From Sphagnum compactum (lineage: Eukaryota), in contig OZ234493.1 in the NCBI GenBank assembly GCA_965153455.1, positions 14,250,213 to 14,314,212 of the forward strand: a stretch of DNA of 64,000 bases. The letters are read 5' to 3'. The notes below the pieces were generated by a model. It searched no databases and was not told where the DNA came from. It was given only the letters and a program-made list of their open reading frames with translations. The position numbers and the translations under genes were made by a program. Positions 1 through 12,483 of this stretch are shown here, piece after piece (the first letter of the stretch is position 1; every line of letters starts with the position of its first letter).

Positions 1-729
1 TCACTTATGCAAGTTCCCTTTTTTCTATAGCAAGTAGTAAGCAGGGATTTGTTTTTTCAATTTAGCAATATCAAGAATTTGGCAAAGCTTTCCAAAAAAA
101 AATAGCAGAATTAGTTGAATTTACACTAGAACCAAAAAAAAAAATTCCAAAATTTTCCCAATTATTTCTGTCCAAAAAGACAACAAAATTGTTTTCACAA
201 TTGCAAGGAAATACGGCACAATTAGTAGAAGAGCCATACATCACACCCAAAAAATCCACTTGGACATTCGCAAATGTACAACACACTAAGTAATTTTCCT
301 TGGGCTTGTTACAATTCCACTAACTTCATGATTTAGTGCATGACACAACACCACCCACAATTAGGGTATCGTCATAATTTTATCATTCATTTCTTGGCTA
401 TATCCACAACAGAGCTCACTCATGTCTATCTATGTTTATCGGCCCACATAAGATAGCAATTAAATTAAATTAAATTTCTTGGGTTTGAGTTTTTGATCCC
501 GTCCTTAGAAGCTGCCAACCATTAAACTTTTTTTTTTAACCTTGAGAAGGTCTCTCCAAATCTCCAACTCTCTTGAAATAGATTACATCTCATAACCTAC
601 AAAACTTGTGTTATTATTCACACATTGGAGACAATTACTCAATACCCAAAACCAACAAAAGAACGCTAATTAGAAACCAATCAAAGATGATAACAAAATA
701 ATAATAATAATAATAATAAGATGATTCAA

Positions 730-1003
730 TCTTTAAGGAGAAAGTGAGTGTTCTTTGGAATTTTGATGGAATTTGGATGCAATCTTTAAACTTTTTTCCC
801 AGATTTGGTTAATGTGTTTTTTTCCTCTATTCTCAACTCTTTGAAATTTAGCAGAGAATAGAATGATGTTAACACTTTAAAAGGAAAGAAAGTGAGTGTT
901 CTTTTGGTACTTTGATACAATTTTGCAACTATTTCCTGAATTGGGTATCGTGGTTTTTTTTTTTCCTCTCTACTTCTCCAGTCTTTGAAGTTTAGCGGAG
1001 AAA
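730..1003. repeat. Diverged tandem duplication, two copies of about 140-150 bp
   Basis: The blocks 'gaaagtgagtgttcttt' and 'tctttgaa(a/g)tttagc(a/g)gagaa' each occur twice, at about 730-860 and 875-1003. Confidence 0.7.
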
Positions 1004-1231
1004 ATAATTACCAGTTTTGTCACAAGAAATCATGCAGGCTTACTTTACTTGAAAGATTTAGATGAAGTTTAGATTCTCATGCTTGTAAATTCATGATCAG
1101 GTAGCCTTGGACGCTACTTAAACCTGGACTCCAAATCCTTCTAAATGCTAAGCAACAAATACTCAAAACAAAACGGGATATTGGGTCTTTACCAGATGAT
1201 GGATTTTGTATACAAAAGAAGACGAACATTG

Positions 1232-2222
1232 TCAAGACTTGTTGGTGAAGAAAATTTTCTTGTACTCTGCATATTTCCCAGAGAAATAATCATCAGGAGC
1301 CATATCAGCAGTCAATGTGATTTCGTCCACATCTCTTTCCTCACGCTGCTCGTTGGGAGCAATAGAGACTCTGTTGTTGGCCACTACTGTCGCCACCCAC
1401 CACTCTTGGAATTTCTTGGATTTGACAAGCTCATCAACACATGTCTCGGTGATGTCCAGTGCCTTATACTCCCCTCTGCTCAATGGCTTTGTATGTGGAG
1501 ACTTGTGAAATGTGGAGTATAACTCATGGTGTAACAAGTGTTGTACCACTGCCTCTTGTCTCTTCCCTGGCACCATACAATAATACATCAGTATCACAAG
1601 ATCAGGCAATATTGACTTAGGTTTTTTCCCAAATGATGTAGGGGTAAATACTAGGGACTTCATCCCACATAACATGGGTTTATTGAAGACACCCAGACTC
1701 CTTCACATGTTACACTCAGTGTGTTTAACAAATGGGCTCAGATGATGCAACAGGATAAACTGAGACCTAATGATGCTTTTGGATGATTGTTGCCGACACA
1801 ACTCCTCATTGACAGAGCTTGTTCTCGCAACGCCAGTCCCTTCTTCCCAGGCATATTTTTCAGATTATCTGACTCACTCCGATTCATCATGATGATGGGT
1901 TTCTTCCCCTGCTGCTTCCTCACAGGAGAATGATGATGTGCAGCAGCTGGGGGGGATCTCTGCACATCTGATCTGTTCAGACAACACATCTCAATCTGGA
2001 ATTCCAACTGGTAATCAATCTTTTGAAAAAGATTTGAGATTATGCATGAAGTTTTGTGTAACATGATGCAGTAGTTTTGTGTACAAAACATAATTCAAAG
2101 CATAATATTCCTATTCTACACAAACGGTACCATTCGAATCTTCAATGAATTGTTGACAATCCCATCTATAACAGACTTAACACTTTGGAACAATGCACTT
2201 TCCATGTTAGGGCAATTAGATT

Positions 2223-2261
<39 letters not shown>

Positions 2262-5200
2262 ACATAAAACCACCCAAATGCACAAGGTTGCTTCTGATGA
2301 TGAAAAACATAGCTACACCCAAAATCCAGAATGCAGCAAACAGAAGTACTTACGCTGACCAGATGCTATGGAAGAATTCCACAAATTCAGTGTCTTGAGA
2401 GTGCCCAACCACCCATGCAGCTGCTGAGCCCAGTATCAGAGCCATAAGTGCAAACAACACATCACGTGAAGTCTGCACATAAGCACATGCAAAGAACATA
2501 AAAGATGACAGAGTTAACACACAGTTCTTAAGCTAAGAAAACATCCACAGAACTAGACATGGAAACTAAACAACAAAATGTTTGTATGCACATGTTGACA
2601 AGTCTTGTGAGTGCATTTCTAGCAGTGCTCAGTATGTGACTGTGCAAAAAAATGTTTCTCACATCCAAGTTTAGTTATTTACTTTTTTTTCCAACCCCAC
2701 CCATAAAACTAAAACTGGGACTGCAAATAGGTGGGAGACTATTAATAGCAACCCACCTGGACCAATCAAACTATCTAGCCAATCAACAGCAGGTGTTAGT
2801 CTTTGCTGCGCCTTTTACCAGCCTCAGCAAACTGTATAAAAATGCTGGGCCAAAATCGTTTTGCAGAGCCAAACCAGCATGTTTTGACTTTTCTTCATCC
2901 AATTTTAATTTGCAGGGTCACAGACTGAGCACCGGTGGAGTTGCTTATACCAACTGGAGCTCTCACACTATGTTATACACTTGGTTGTCAGGATGGTGAC
3001 GTCAATAAACCCGTAAGACCCATGAAAGTGTCATGGTTGAGCAATAAGAACAAACGTAAAAGCAAGAGAGAGAGACAGAAAGAACCACCTGTAGTAGCAT
3101 CACAGCACCCACCACACGTATTGCCAAATTCACAAAACTTGCAGTTCCAGCATCTACGCTGCCTCCTTCCTCTTCTGACATGACTAAATTCCGAACTTTC
3201 CAGAAGGCCAGCCCAACTCCCACAAGCCCAACTCCGAGTGAAATAAATACCACAACCTGATGATGATTGCAACAACCAACCCAATAACAACAAAGAATCA
3301 GGTGCAATGTTGACACAATTGTTGAAAAGTTTTTTTTTCATCCTAAGAAAAAGAAGAAGAAGAAGAAGTCAGGCATGTGTTGTAAGACAATCCAATTTCA
3401 CACAAGCTGTCAAAAGAGAACAATAAATCCAACAAAAGTAGTGAAAAAAGATTGAGAGTGTACAGGGCTGAACATGTCTTCACCAAACCCAAGTCCCACT
3501 AGAGTGGCAGAGAGAACACCACTGAAATAGTGCAGCACTTCTGTGCCCAGCCATACCTGCGCAGCTTCCACACATTTTGCCCTTCAAATTCAGCTCCATT
3601 GCAACAATTTTTTTCACTCTCCATTCCACAAGACAAGGAGGAAAAAAAAAAAGGGAGCCTTTTCTGTGTGTTTAGGGTTCTGCTGAGTCAGCACTCTACT
3701 ACAGATGAGATTGTATTTTGGGGAGATCAGATCTCTCACCACAGGACTTAGAAGGGCAATATAGATTCTGCTCTTGTGCCCAGTTGGAAGCAGCTTCAAA
3801 CACTGGAATACCCACAGATCAAATAGTATGTCTTTGTTAGGATTTATCCATGTCCCAGACCCTGCCTCTAAAGAAATCTCACAAACAGAAAGAACAATGT
3901 CCTGATACAATTCTGAAATCAGCAAAATCCAGTTATAGTGAAAATTTGGTACAAGAACTTGGGATGATGACAACACCTGATCAAGCAGGATCAGAACAAC
4001 AAAGATCAGACTGAGAGTCATGGCACTGCCGAAGTAAGAAGGTAACCATCCACCGACTTTTGGTGCTATTATAAACAGTATCATTCCTAATACTAGAAAC
4101 ATGGGTCGGTAGAGCCACAGCTCTGCACCCCAAGAAAAAAAAAACAAACATGATCCATCATGCAATGAGGATTACTGCTCCATGCATCTCTCCACATTTT
4201 TACATTTCTTTGCAAAACAAAAGAGCACACAGAAAGAAGAAAAAAGAAGGGGGCTATAGTAGTGAAAGACATGGTACTACTGGAGAGCACAATGAAACAA
4301 AAGACAAGAGTATGTGGGAAACGAATAAATTCAGCAGTACCTTCCTGGACAGAAATCGCCAGTGATACATCCAATTGATGGGGCCTCAACATTCGAATGT
4401 CAAGGTACTGCGTTTTGAAAGTTGGCAAAACTTCTGTCCAGGAACCCTTTTCTAATGCATGCCAGCTCTCAATGGGACACTGAGCAAGACCCATCGATGA
4501 ATTCCTGAAAGATTTCCACAGCACTGTGATCAGAAAAAATCATTTTTGTCAGGACAGAAAAAAATCATGTTGTCAGCACTGGAAAATGGGTGAGGGAGGA
4601 ATGAGAATGTTGCTGCAAGTTTCTTTCTTGACCACAAGCAAAAATGAGCATACAAGATCCTAGCTATGTGCACTACCACCAAGGTAGTGAGGCAAGATAC
4701 TATCCTAGAATAGTAGAAAATGGACAAACAACTGTTACATGTTATGAGATGGGAAAACAACTCACCCATGGAAACACACTTCCACTCTTGCTAAAGAGGG
4801 TCTTAAAGCACTGACGGTCACCCATGTAGTGTGCGCAAATTTATCCATGTTGTCAAGTCGAGACTGGCCTGGAATGCGCAGGCGGGTGCATGCACCAATC
4901 TCGCCTGGTTTTAGCCCTGGTGAACTTTGCACATGTCCATCAACATCTTGCATTCGCAACTCAATGGGAGCACCAAGCAACACATCTGGGCAAAAACCCA
5001 CCACCACCACCACAACAGAGACAACCCCATCAATTTTTGTCATTTCTCAATGAACTGCAAAGCCTTCTGGAAGATTATGTACTTAAGGACACAATACATC
5101 ACAAACTTCCAATGCATCATACATATTACAGACTTGTTTTGTAATATTAAAAAACAGATTTCACATGACAACTATTACCACATTGTGAAGTTTATGATGT

Positions 5201-6544
5201 AGACTACAAAAGAAACTTCAAACATATGGCATAAAGCTCAAAAAATAGGATACTGAAGAGACAAGAAGGGCTGGGACTCATCATCACAGACACTCACTCC
5301 TGCTTACAGTCAAAGTGCATCTTGTTGTCAAACTCAGGTTTTTGGCATGATTCTTTGGAGCTCTTCATGAGCACATACCAAAAACCAAAGAAATCTATCT
5401 TTAAGGGTATGTTGAAACATCCGGTGTCATCCTTCTTCAAAGTAGAAGCAATAAACTTGAGACCCAATTCACAACCGCCACAAAAAATTACTAGGTTCCA
5501 AACCTACAAGACTAGGAAGTTGACAAAGAAAGCAAGCATTTGGAGTTCAACCCTGCAAACAACAAGCAAGAAAGCTTAGATCAGAGCAAGAGTTCAATGC
5601 CCCAGGAAAAAAATCTGAAGAATCTGTCTTCCTTTCTTTTCAGATTGTGAAACATCTGAAAAGAAAAAAAGTCATTCTCTTCAGATTTTGTCACCACAAA
5701 CCACATGAAGAAATGTTCATCTTCAATCCTGTGCAAGGAGAAAGAAGATCAAGGCCGCGGGGCGCAGCATCTTTTTCTACTAATTTATGAAACAAAAACA
5801 TATATATATATTTGCTGCGTCCTTGATCTCCAAGAAGTGGGGGGAGAAGAAGAACCACAGCTTGAACAGCAATAGCAATAGCCAAGAGAGAGATTAGGGT
5901 TTTTTTTTCTTGATGACAATCTTCTTCTTGCAGTCTTGAAGCAAGCCTGATTCATTTGCTGGTTATGATTGTTGGTTTTGGGATTGCAAAAGCTCAAATG
6001 GGCTTTTGTAGAATAAAGATCCAGATGATGATCTAGATTTGTTTCGGTTTTGATACCATATTTGGATTCTGTCTGGATTCTCTAAAAGCTCAAATGGGCT
6101 TTTGTAGAATCAAGATCCTGATGATGATGATGACGATGATCTAGACTCTTTTGGGTTTTAATACCATCTATGGATTCTCTCTTTCTGGTGGACAAAAACA
6201 CATCTCTGTAACTTTGGTGGTTTGAAAATGAAGCCCCCATTGCTAAGAAAGTGCAATACCATTCAATGTGCTGCCCACATTGCTTCTTTGACAACTGGAA
6301 TCAAGAAAATGGCAACAAAAAATAGGTTATCTGGATGATGGAAGTGCAAAAGGAAAGGTGGACAGGAGGGAGAGAAAAAACCTTGAAGAAATGGATGATT
6401 TGGGTCATCATCTCCTCCTCCGTTGTATTGGTTGCTGTCAAAAGGATGGTATGCACACGCCACCAATGATGTGTAGACCAGAATCATCAGAAGCAGCAGC
6501 AGCAACAGCCTACTGTGCCAAGGATTGAGCTTCACCCTCATCAT
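1232..6544 (-). CDS. NEMP: Nuclear envelope integral membrane protein (NEMP/TMEM194 family), about 10 exons
   Basis: Phase-compatible exons: 6544-6382 (signal peptide MMRVKLNPWHSRLLLLLLLMILVYTSLVAC), 4985-4766 (SPGLKPGEIGACTRLRIPGQSRL...VEVCFHG), 4504-4341 (NSSMGLAQC...YLDIR), 4122-3977, 3802-3740, 3556-3464, 3256-3089, 2472-2354 (hydrophobic segments), 1972-1767 and 1566-1232 (LYSTFHKSP...ELVKSKKFQEWW, the plant NEMP C-terminal motif). Exon 1 and the 1972-1767 exon are the least certain. Confidence 0.85.
2226..2259. repeat. (GA)n microsatellite in a NEMP intron
   Basis: Uninterrupted GA run, read directly. Confidence 0.95.
5988..6180. repeat. Tandem duplication, two copies of about 95 bp, in NEMP intron 1
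   Basis: 'aaaagctcaaatgggcttttgtagaat...gatgatctaga...ataccat...tggattct' occurs twice. Confidence 0.8.
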
Positions 6545-6854
6545 ACCACCACTCACCAATTCCACCTTTCTCTCTCTCTCTCTCTCACTCTCTCCCCTTC
6601 TTGCAGAACTTGACAGACTAACAGCACCTGTAGAGAAAAACTGTAAGGATGGATGCACATGAATTCTTCCAGCACCTTGCAGACTGAGAATTGGAGACAA
6701 TCAAGATTGAGAGACAGAGAGAGATGGCAACCAAGATCCTTCTTGGTCTTGTTGCATCATCATCCTGCAGAAATATTGTATCACCCAAAACTGTGCTGCT
6801 GCATAGCATTGACAGAAGAGTCTTGGAGGATCCAAAAGTATCATGTCATGCGTT

Positions 6855-7285
6855 GTGGATCCAATTGTGGATCGATCTGGAAATCATGGATATAATTGTG
6901 GATCCATCTGCAAATTATCAACAACAACAGCAACACAATGTTTCAAGCAAAAGGGTAGTCAGATTTCAAGCCCCAGGATACAATTCTGGATTCAATCTGC
7001 AAAACATGGATACAATTCTGGATCCATCTGCAAAGTATCAACAACAACAACAACAGCACAATGTTCCAAGAAAATGGGTAGTCAGATTTCAGAAACATGG
7101 ATATAATTCTGAATCCATCTGGGAAGCATGAGCAAGAACAGCAACACCACAATTTTTCAAACAAATGGGTTGTCAGATTTCAGAAACATGGATACAATTG
7201 TGGATCCATCTGCAAAGTATGAACAACAACAACACAATGTTTCAAGCAAATGAGTCATGGGATTTCAAGCCCCAAGGATATTGAG
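6855..7285. repeat. Compound tandem repeat (about 90-120 bp units containing CAA runs) upstream of the NEMP start codon
   Basis: 'ggatccatctgcaaa(t/g)tat(c/g)aacaacaac...cacaatgtt...gatttca' recurs about four times. Confidence 0.85.
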
Positions 7286-7574
7286 CCAGCACCACTTGGC
7301 AAGGGCTAGAATCCAGCCTGCCCTTTGACCCTTGTTCTTCACAGATCCTGATTTTTCTGGGAGCATGTCTTGAAGGAAAGAGAACTGAACACGGTCCTTT
7401 TTCTCCACACCACCACAAAACACTCACCACCATCATTCACATCAAAATTGAAGGCTTTTTTGGACCATGAATCACAAACTCAACATCAAAATTGAAATCT
7501 TTTCTTGTTGCATGAAGAAACCCAATGCAATTCAACATCAAACCAAAATTGCTTTTTTTCAATGGGAAATGCAC

Positions 7575-8062
7575 TCCACTACAATCAAATTTAAGGGCGT
7601 TTTTGTACCAGAAAACAAACAAAATTTACAATCTAATTTGAGAGCTTTTTTGCACCAGAAAATCAACACATGGACAAATTCAAGAGCGTCTTTTTGCATC
7701 AGGAAACCAACACAACTAGAATCAAAATTCAGAGCTTTATTGTGCCAGAAAACCAACACAACTACAATCCAATTTGAGGGTTCTTTTGGACCCAAAACCA
7801 ACACAACTGATCTCAAATTTGAGGGCTTTTCTCTTGTACCAGAAAACCAACACAACTACAATCAAGTTTGAGGGTTTCTCTTTTGCACCAGGGAATCAAC
7901 ACAATTACAATCCAATTTGAGGGTTTTTTGGGAGGAGAAACCCCAACACAACTAGAATCAAAATTCAGGGCTTTTTCGCACCAGAAAACCAATACAACCA
8001 GAATCAAAATCCAGGACATTTCTGCACTAGAAAATCAATATTGACTGAACTCAAATTTGAGG
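7575..8062. repeat. Degenerate minisatellite, about 46 bp unit, about 10 copies
   Basis: Consensus approximately 'gcaccagaaaaccaacacaactacaatcaaatttgagggctttt', repeated head to tail. Confidence 0.85.
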
Positions 8063-8183
8063 TATGGAAGTAGCTTAACCCATCAGTGGACAGACACAAA
8101 GCACTTCAGCAGCACATTTTCCCCCTCATCGGCCAGCTACCACGGGGCTCTCTCATCTGCCAAAGAAATTCATTCAGCAGCAA

Positions 8184-8370
8184 AAACCAAATTGGTGTTA
8201 AGAAATTTCTGGCAAGGAAATTGGGCACCAAAACCAAATTGATGTTCAGAGATTTCTTGCAAAGAAACTGGGCACCAAAACCAAATTGGGGTTCAGAAAT
8301 TTCTGGTGAAGAATTTTGGCACCAAAACCAAATTGGTGTTCAGAAATTTCTGGCAAAGAAATGGGTATCA
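8184..8370. repeat. Minisatellite, 47 bp unit, 4 copies
   Basis: 'aaaaccaaattggtgttcagaaatttctggcaaagaaattgggcacc' four times with substitutions. Confidence 0.9.
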
Positions 8371-8996
8371 TGGAAGAGAGTCAAAGTAGCTCTTCCTCAT
8401 TAACTTGCTGAATTTGATGGAAACCAAAAACACATCAATTTACAGACCCCAAAATTTATTGCAAATTACACAGGCTTTGATCTGTATTATGAAGTAATAA
8501 AGTGGCAGTCTTCAGAGAGAGCCAAGGTTTTGCAGTAGCAAACCAACGACAGTCTGGTTGTCCAGCATTCAATTTGCAATCCTTCAACCCAACTTTTGTG
8601 ACAAAAAATAATTCCTGGGGAAATGATGAACAGCCTATTTTAAGCTATCACAATTTTTGTCTTTGGACTTTTGAATAATTAGGTTTGGTTTTTTACTTGT
8701 GAGAATGTGCATTATTACTCGTACTTGCACCACATATGACACGAGTATGTGTGCATGTGCACAATAAATTAGTGTGTTTTTTTTGTCTGTTGATGTTTAC
8801 CTTCAACTCTTGGTGCTTCTAGAAGCAACCCATGTATAAAATCAACAAAGCCAAAGCCAAGCCAATAGTGAAAACTCTGGCTGAAAGGATATTGAGAGTC
8901 TTGGCTTGAGATTGGGCTTGGTTGGCACTTTGTTTTCTAATGTGCCTGAAGTAGTCGTTAGGAAAAAAATGCTGATCATCCCCCCAAGTTTACGCA

Positions 8997-10754
8997 TCAC
9001 AGCTCATCATCATATTTAGCATCTGGCTTCATTTCTGCACCAATCTCCCATAGCAGCCGACCAACCAACCAACCCATCATCAACCAGTGAATGATCTGAC
9101 AAGTACAAAAACTGAAACCAAAAGAAGTGGACAATGGCAAGGAATGCAGGCCACATCGTAAAGCCTAACTCTTTAAACATAAAGCATACACACAAAGCAC
9201 AGCAGAACACCTTGCATCATAATTCAAACAGTGAGTTTAGAGTATAAAAACAAAAAGTGTCACCAGATCCAGCAATTCATGAGCAAGACCCAATGACAAT
9301 GAAATACTAACAGCAAAGGTAATTTTTGTGGCCATGTAAGAGCAATGAACAACATGCAACAACAACAGCCTTAGCTATACATTTCCAACCAAGATGAGCA
9401 AACTCCAGAAGATCCAACCTGATTGATGATATTCATCAAAGAAAAATGATATCTCTCGAGCTGCTGCTTCCTGTGAATCGGAGCCATGCACGCAGTTGTT
9501 TTGCTTGTCTCTCCCATATCTTGCCCTTATGCTGTTTCCTCACCCATTTACATGAAATTTGAGCATATCACATTCACAGATGAACTTGGAGATTTGCATG
9601 TAGAGCAGCAGCAGAAGACCCACATGATTTGAAACTGCCATCTGTCACTTACAGATACAACATTCAACTTGCTAAAAAACTTAAAATTTAAAAATTAGAA
9701 AGAAGGAACGCAACACCTGTCTGGAGCATCAAGCCTGGCTTGTTGTGAATCTGTGGGTCCGATCAAACTCCGCCACTCTGCAACTGCATTTGGTTTCTCC
9801 AGCACCATAGCCAACACAGGGCCACTACTCCCACAAACACTGTCAGAATCCTTTCTTTCTTTCTTTCTTTCTTTCTGTTTTCCTAGTCACACCTGAATTC
9901 ACTGAAGGAAAACAAGCCGAAAGTAAAGTACCTTGTCATGAAGTCAATGAGACTTGGGAAGAAAGCTCTATTGGAATGCTCGGCATAGAAAGCGATTGCA
10001 GCTGATTCATTCAGATGCACCCATTTCTGGGAGATGATTGCAAAGCTAGCAGCTTGAATCTGCTCTTTGATTGCATCACTGTGGTTAGCTCGAACTCCAT
10101 CAGGTTTCACCATTGCAAATGTCCTCTCAACCCATTTCGCCTCTGCACATCCATCCAGGGGGTTGACAGATTTCTGAATCTCAATTACCTTCCCCTCATT
10201 TTCATCCTTTGCACCACCTTGCTACTACCATTTTCCGACAACTTCACCAAAAATGTGAAAACCAACCAAAACCCCAGTAAAATATGAGATAAGAAAGAAG
10301 ATGCAACAAGTGATCCACAAGTAGGAATGCAAAAACTGTGTATGCAAAGATGAAGCAAGTTCAATCCCATTCTTCCAGTTTAACATGGATGGGGCTTAGG
10401 GTTTAGGGGTTCAAGGTTCCCACGGTGAATTTCAGACACAGGGAGGGGGGAGGTTAAGCTAAGCTTCATGCAAAAACAAGATGCAATTTGGAAGCAAGCA
10501 ACACACAAGGATTTGGAGATCAGGATCCGTAGACAAGAAAGAAACACTAAATTTGTCAGCAGATTCTGCAATTTTGCTAGAGCCTAAACCCATCTCATGA
10601 AATGTAGCAAGGGAGAAGGAAACAAACCTCCAAGGATGATGAGGCTGGTGATGATGAGAAGGGGAAGTAAAGATTGCCATAGCCACAGGAACCGAAGCAA
10701 GAGCTGAATTCGCTTTGCAACACCACCACCACCACCAACACAATGCAACACCAT
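8997..10754 (-). CDS. NDPK5: Nucleoside diphosphate kinase, secretory/ER type (plant type IV, NDPK5-like)
   Basis: Exons 10754-10628 (hydrophobic leader ...LLPLLIITSLIILG), 10142-9932 (ERTFAMVKPDG...FYAEHSNRAFFPSLIDFMT), 9824-9717 (SGPVLAMVLEK...WRSLIGPTD), 9531-9419 (SIRARYG...NCVHGSDS, catalytic His intact) and 9034-8997 (EMKPDAKYDDEL*). All phases match. The last acceptor is ambiguous. Confidence 0.88.
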
Positions 10755-10913
10755 CGCTGAAATCAAAACCTTCACAGATACAAGAACGCAAATTCCCTAC
10801 ATACCCAGCAACTCCGATAAACCAAAAGCACACAAAACTGAAAAAATTCTGCAACAAGAACGAAATCCTCCAGACTCTCTCTCTCTCTCTCTCGCTCAAT
10901 ATCACCCACCACA

Positions 10914-11345
10914 CCCGGGCCCATCCCACACCAAACCCTAATTTCCAAGAGCTGCCCAAAAGTGCCCAAAAAGAAAAAAAAAACTGTTGCCCAAGTGTTT
11001 TCATGAGATTTTAGGGCTTTGTAGGAACAAACTGACAGCTGTTACAATTTGATAGGTTCAAAAAAAGTCCGGGCACCACCACAACAAAACCCTAAATTCC
11101 AAAGAACTGCCCAAAAAACTGCTTGCCCCAAAATTTAGCAAAAAGTGTTGCCCAAGTGTTCTCATGAGATTTTAGGGCTTTGTAGGAACAAACTGACAGC
11201 TGTTACAATTTGGTAGGTTCAAAAGCCCGGGCACCACCCCATACTAAGCCCTAATTTCCAAGCACTGCCGAAAAGCGTGACCCTAAAAGCAAAAAGTGTT
11301 GCTGAAGTGTCACTAGGGCTTTGTAGGAACAAGCTGCCAGCTGTA
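10914..11345. repeat. Triplicated module of about 120-155 bp in the NDPK upstream region, with telo-boxes
   Basis: 'ccgggc(a/c)c...ccctaa...tgttgc...tagggctttgtaggaacaa...cagctgt' three times. AAACCCTAA at 10933-10941 and 11087-11095. Confidence 0.85.
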
Positions 11346-11428
11346 ACGATTAGAAGCTTAAACCCCTTCTTAATTAGGCCCACCAAAGAACTTTAATTTA
11401 ATTCCCATCATCCCAACTCAATGCTTTG

Positions 11429-11608
11429 CAATTATATTCGAATGATTTAATAAATTCTTTCACAATTTTTGAACAATTATATTCGAATGATTTAATAAAT
11501 TCTTTCACAATTTTTGAACAATTATATTCGAATGATTTAATAAATTCTTTCACAATTTTTGAACAATTATATTCGAATGATTTAATAAATTCTTTCACAA
11601 TTTTTGAA
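11429..11608. repeat. Perfect minisatellite, 45 bp x 4
   Basis: 'caattatattcgaatgatttaataaattctttcacaatttttgaa' four times, identical, with no spacers. Confidence 0.97.
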
Positions 11609-12483
11609 TTATCAACACAGTTCAATCATCCACTTCCATCTATAGAAATCATTCTTCAAGCATTTACATAATGCACAATTGGATATATATATTGAAACAC
11701 ACACAACGAACAATACTTTTTCCATTTCCTTTCAATCTTCACATGTGAGAATTTTCACTTGGAAATTTAAACTTGGAACCCATGGAACAAATTTAGCTGG
11801 ATAAATCCTATGTACTCTCTATAACTAGACTGGAGTCCTTTTTAATAATGTCTTGCAATCAAACTACTTATTTACTGAATTTTGTAGAAAAGAAATTATG
11901 CAAACAACATTTAGATTTCTGATAAACAGATTATGACCAAATAAGTAAAAGAGTGATCACCAAATTTCTATATTACTGTGGCAATCATCCCTTCATCTAG
12001 GTGTCTCAAAATCTTGAGAAAAAAGAAGATTTCTTTAGGTTTCATCAATAGGTTATCATCATGTATAAATTCCAATCAAAATCTCATCTCCCTGCCTGAT
12101 CTAATTTTGCAACAACAAGAGATCCTTCAACCAAGAATGCAGAATCAATCTCCAAGAAAAACCACAGAATCAAAACGTGACTCCGTCAGATTTTGCCACA
12201 ATGCAAAATACATCCTTATGCAAATCACAAAATGCTGCCCAATACTCAAACATGGATCTATTGCCAGGACCTTCCTATCCTCTACATCTGACAGGTGACA
12301 ATCAAGCAATAGACCCTGCACAAATTGCCCACCGTCTTGCAGAAATATACCTAATTCCCAATCAGCTGCCATTCCATTCACTCCTAGAGATCCTGCAATA
12401 ACACTAAAGAGGATATAGAATAATCAGAGCCCACCCCTTCCCCCACCACTCATCCCTCTAGACCAAACAGCATTTTTTTCAAC

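Noticed and set aside
6691-7131. 146 aa + strand ORF with poly-Q repeats as a gene
   Set aside because: It is explained by the tandem repeat, has no recognisable domain, and is antisense to the NEMP upstream region.
11429-11608. CRISPR array
   Set aside because: Identical units abut with no unique spacers, there are no cas genes, and the context is eukaryotic.
11398-11671. Repeat-protein ORFs (SKIVKEFIKSFEYNC)n and (EQLYSNDLINSFTIF)n
   Set aside because: By-products of a 45 bp repeat whose length is a multiple of three.
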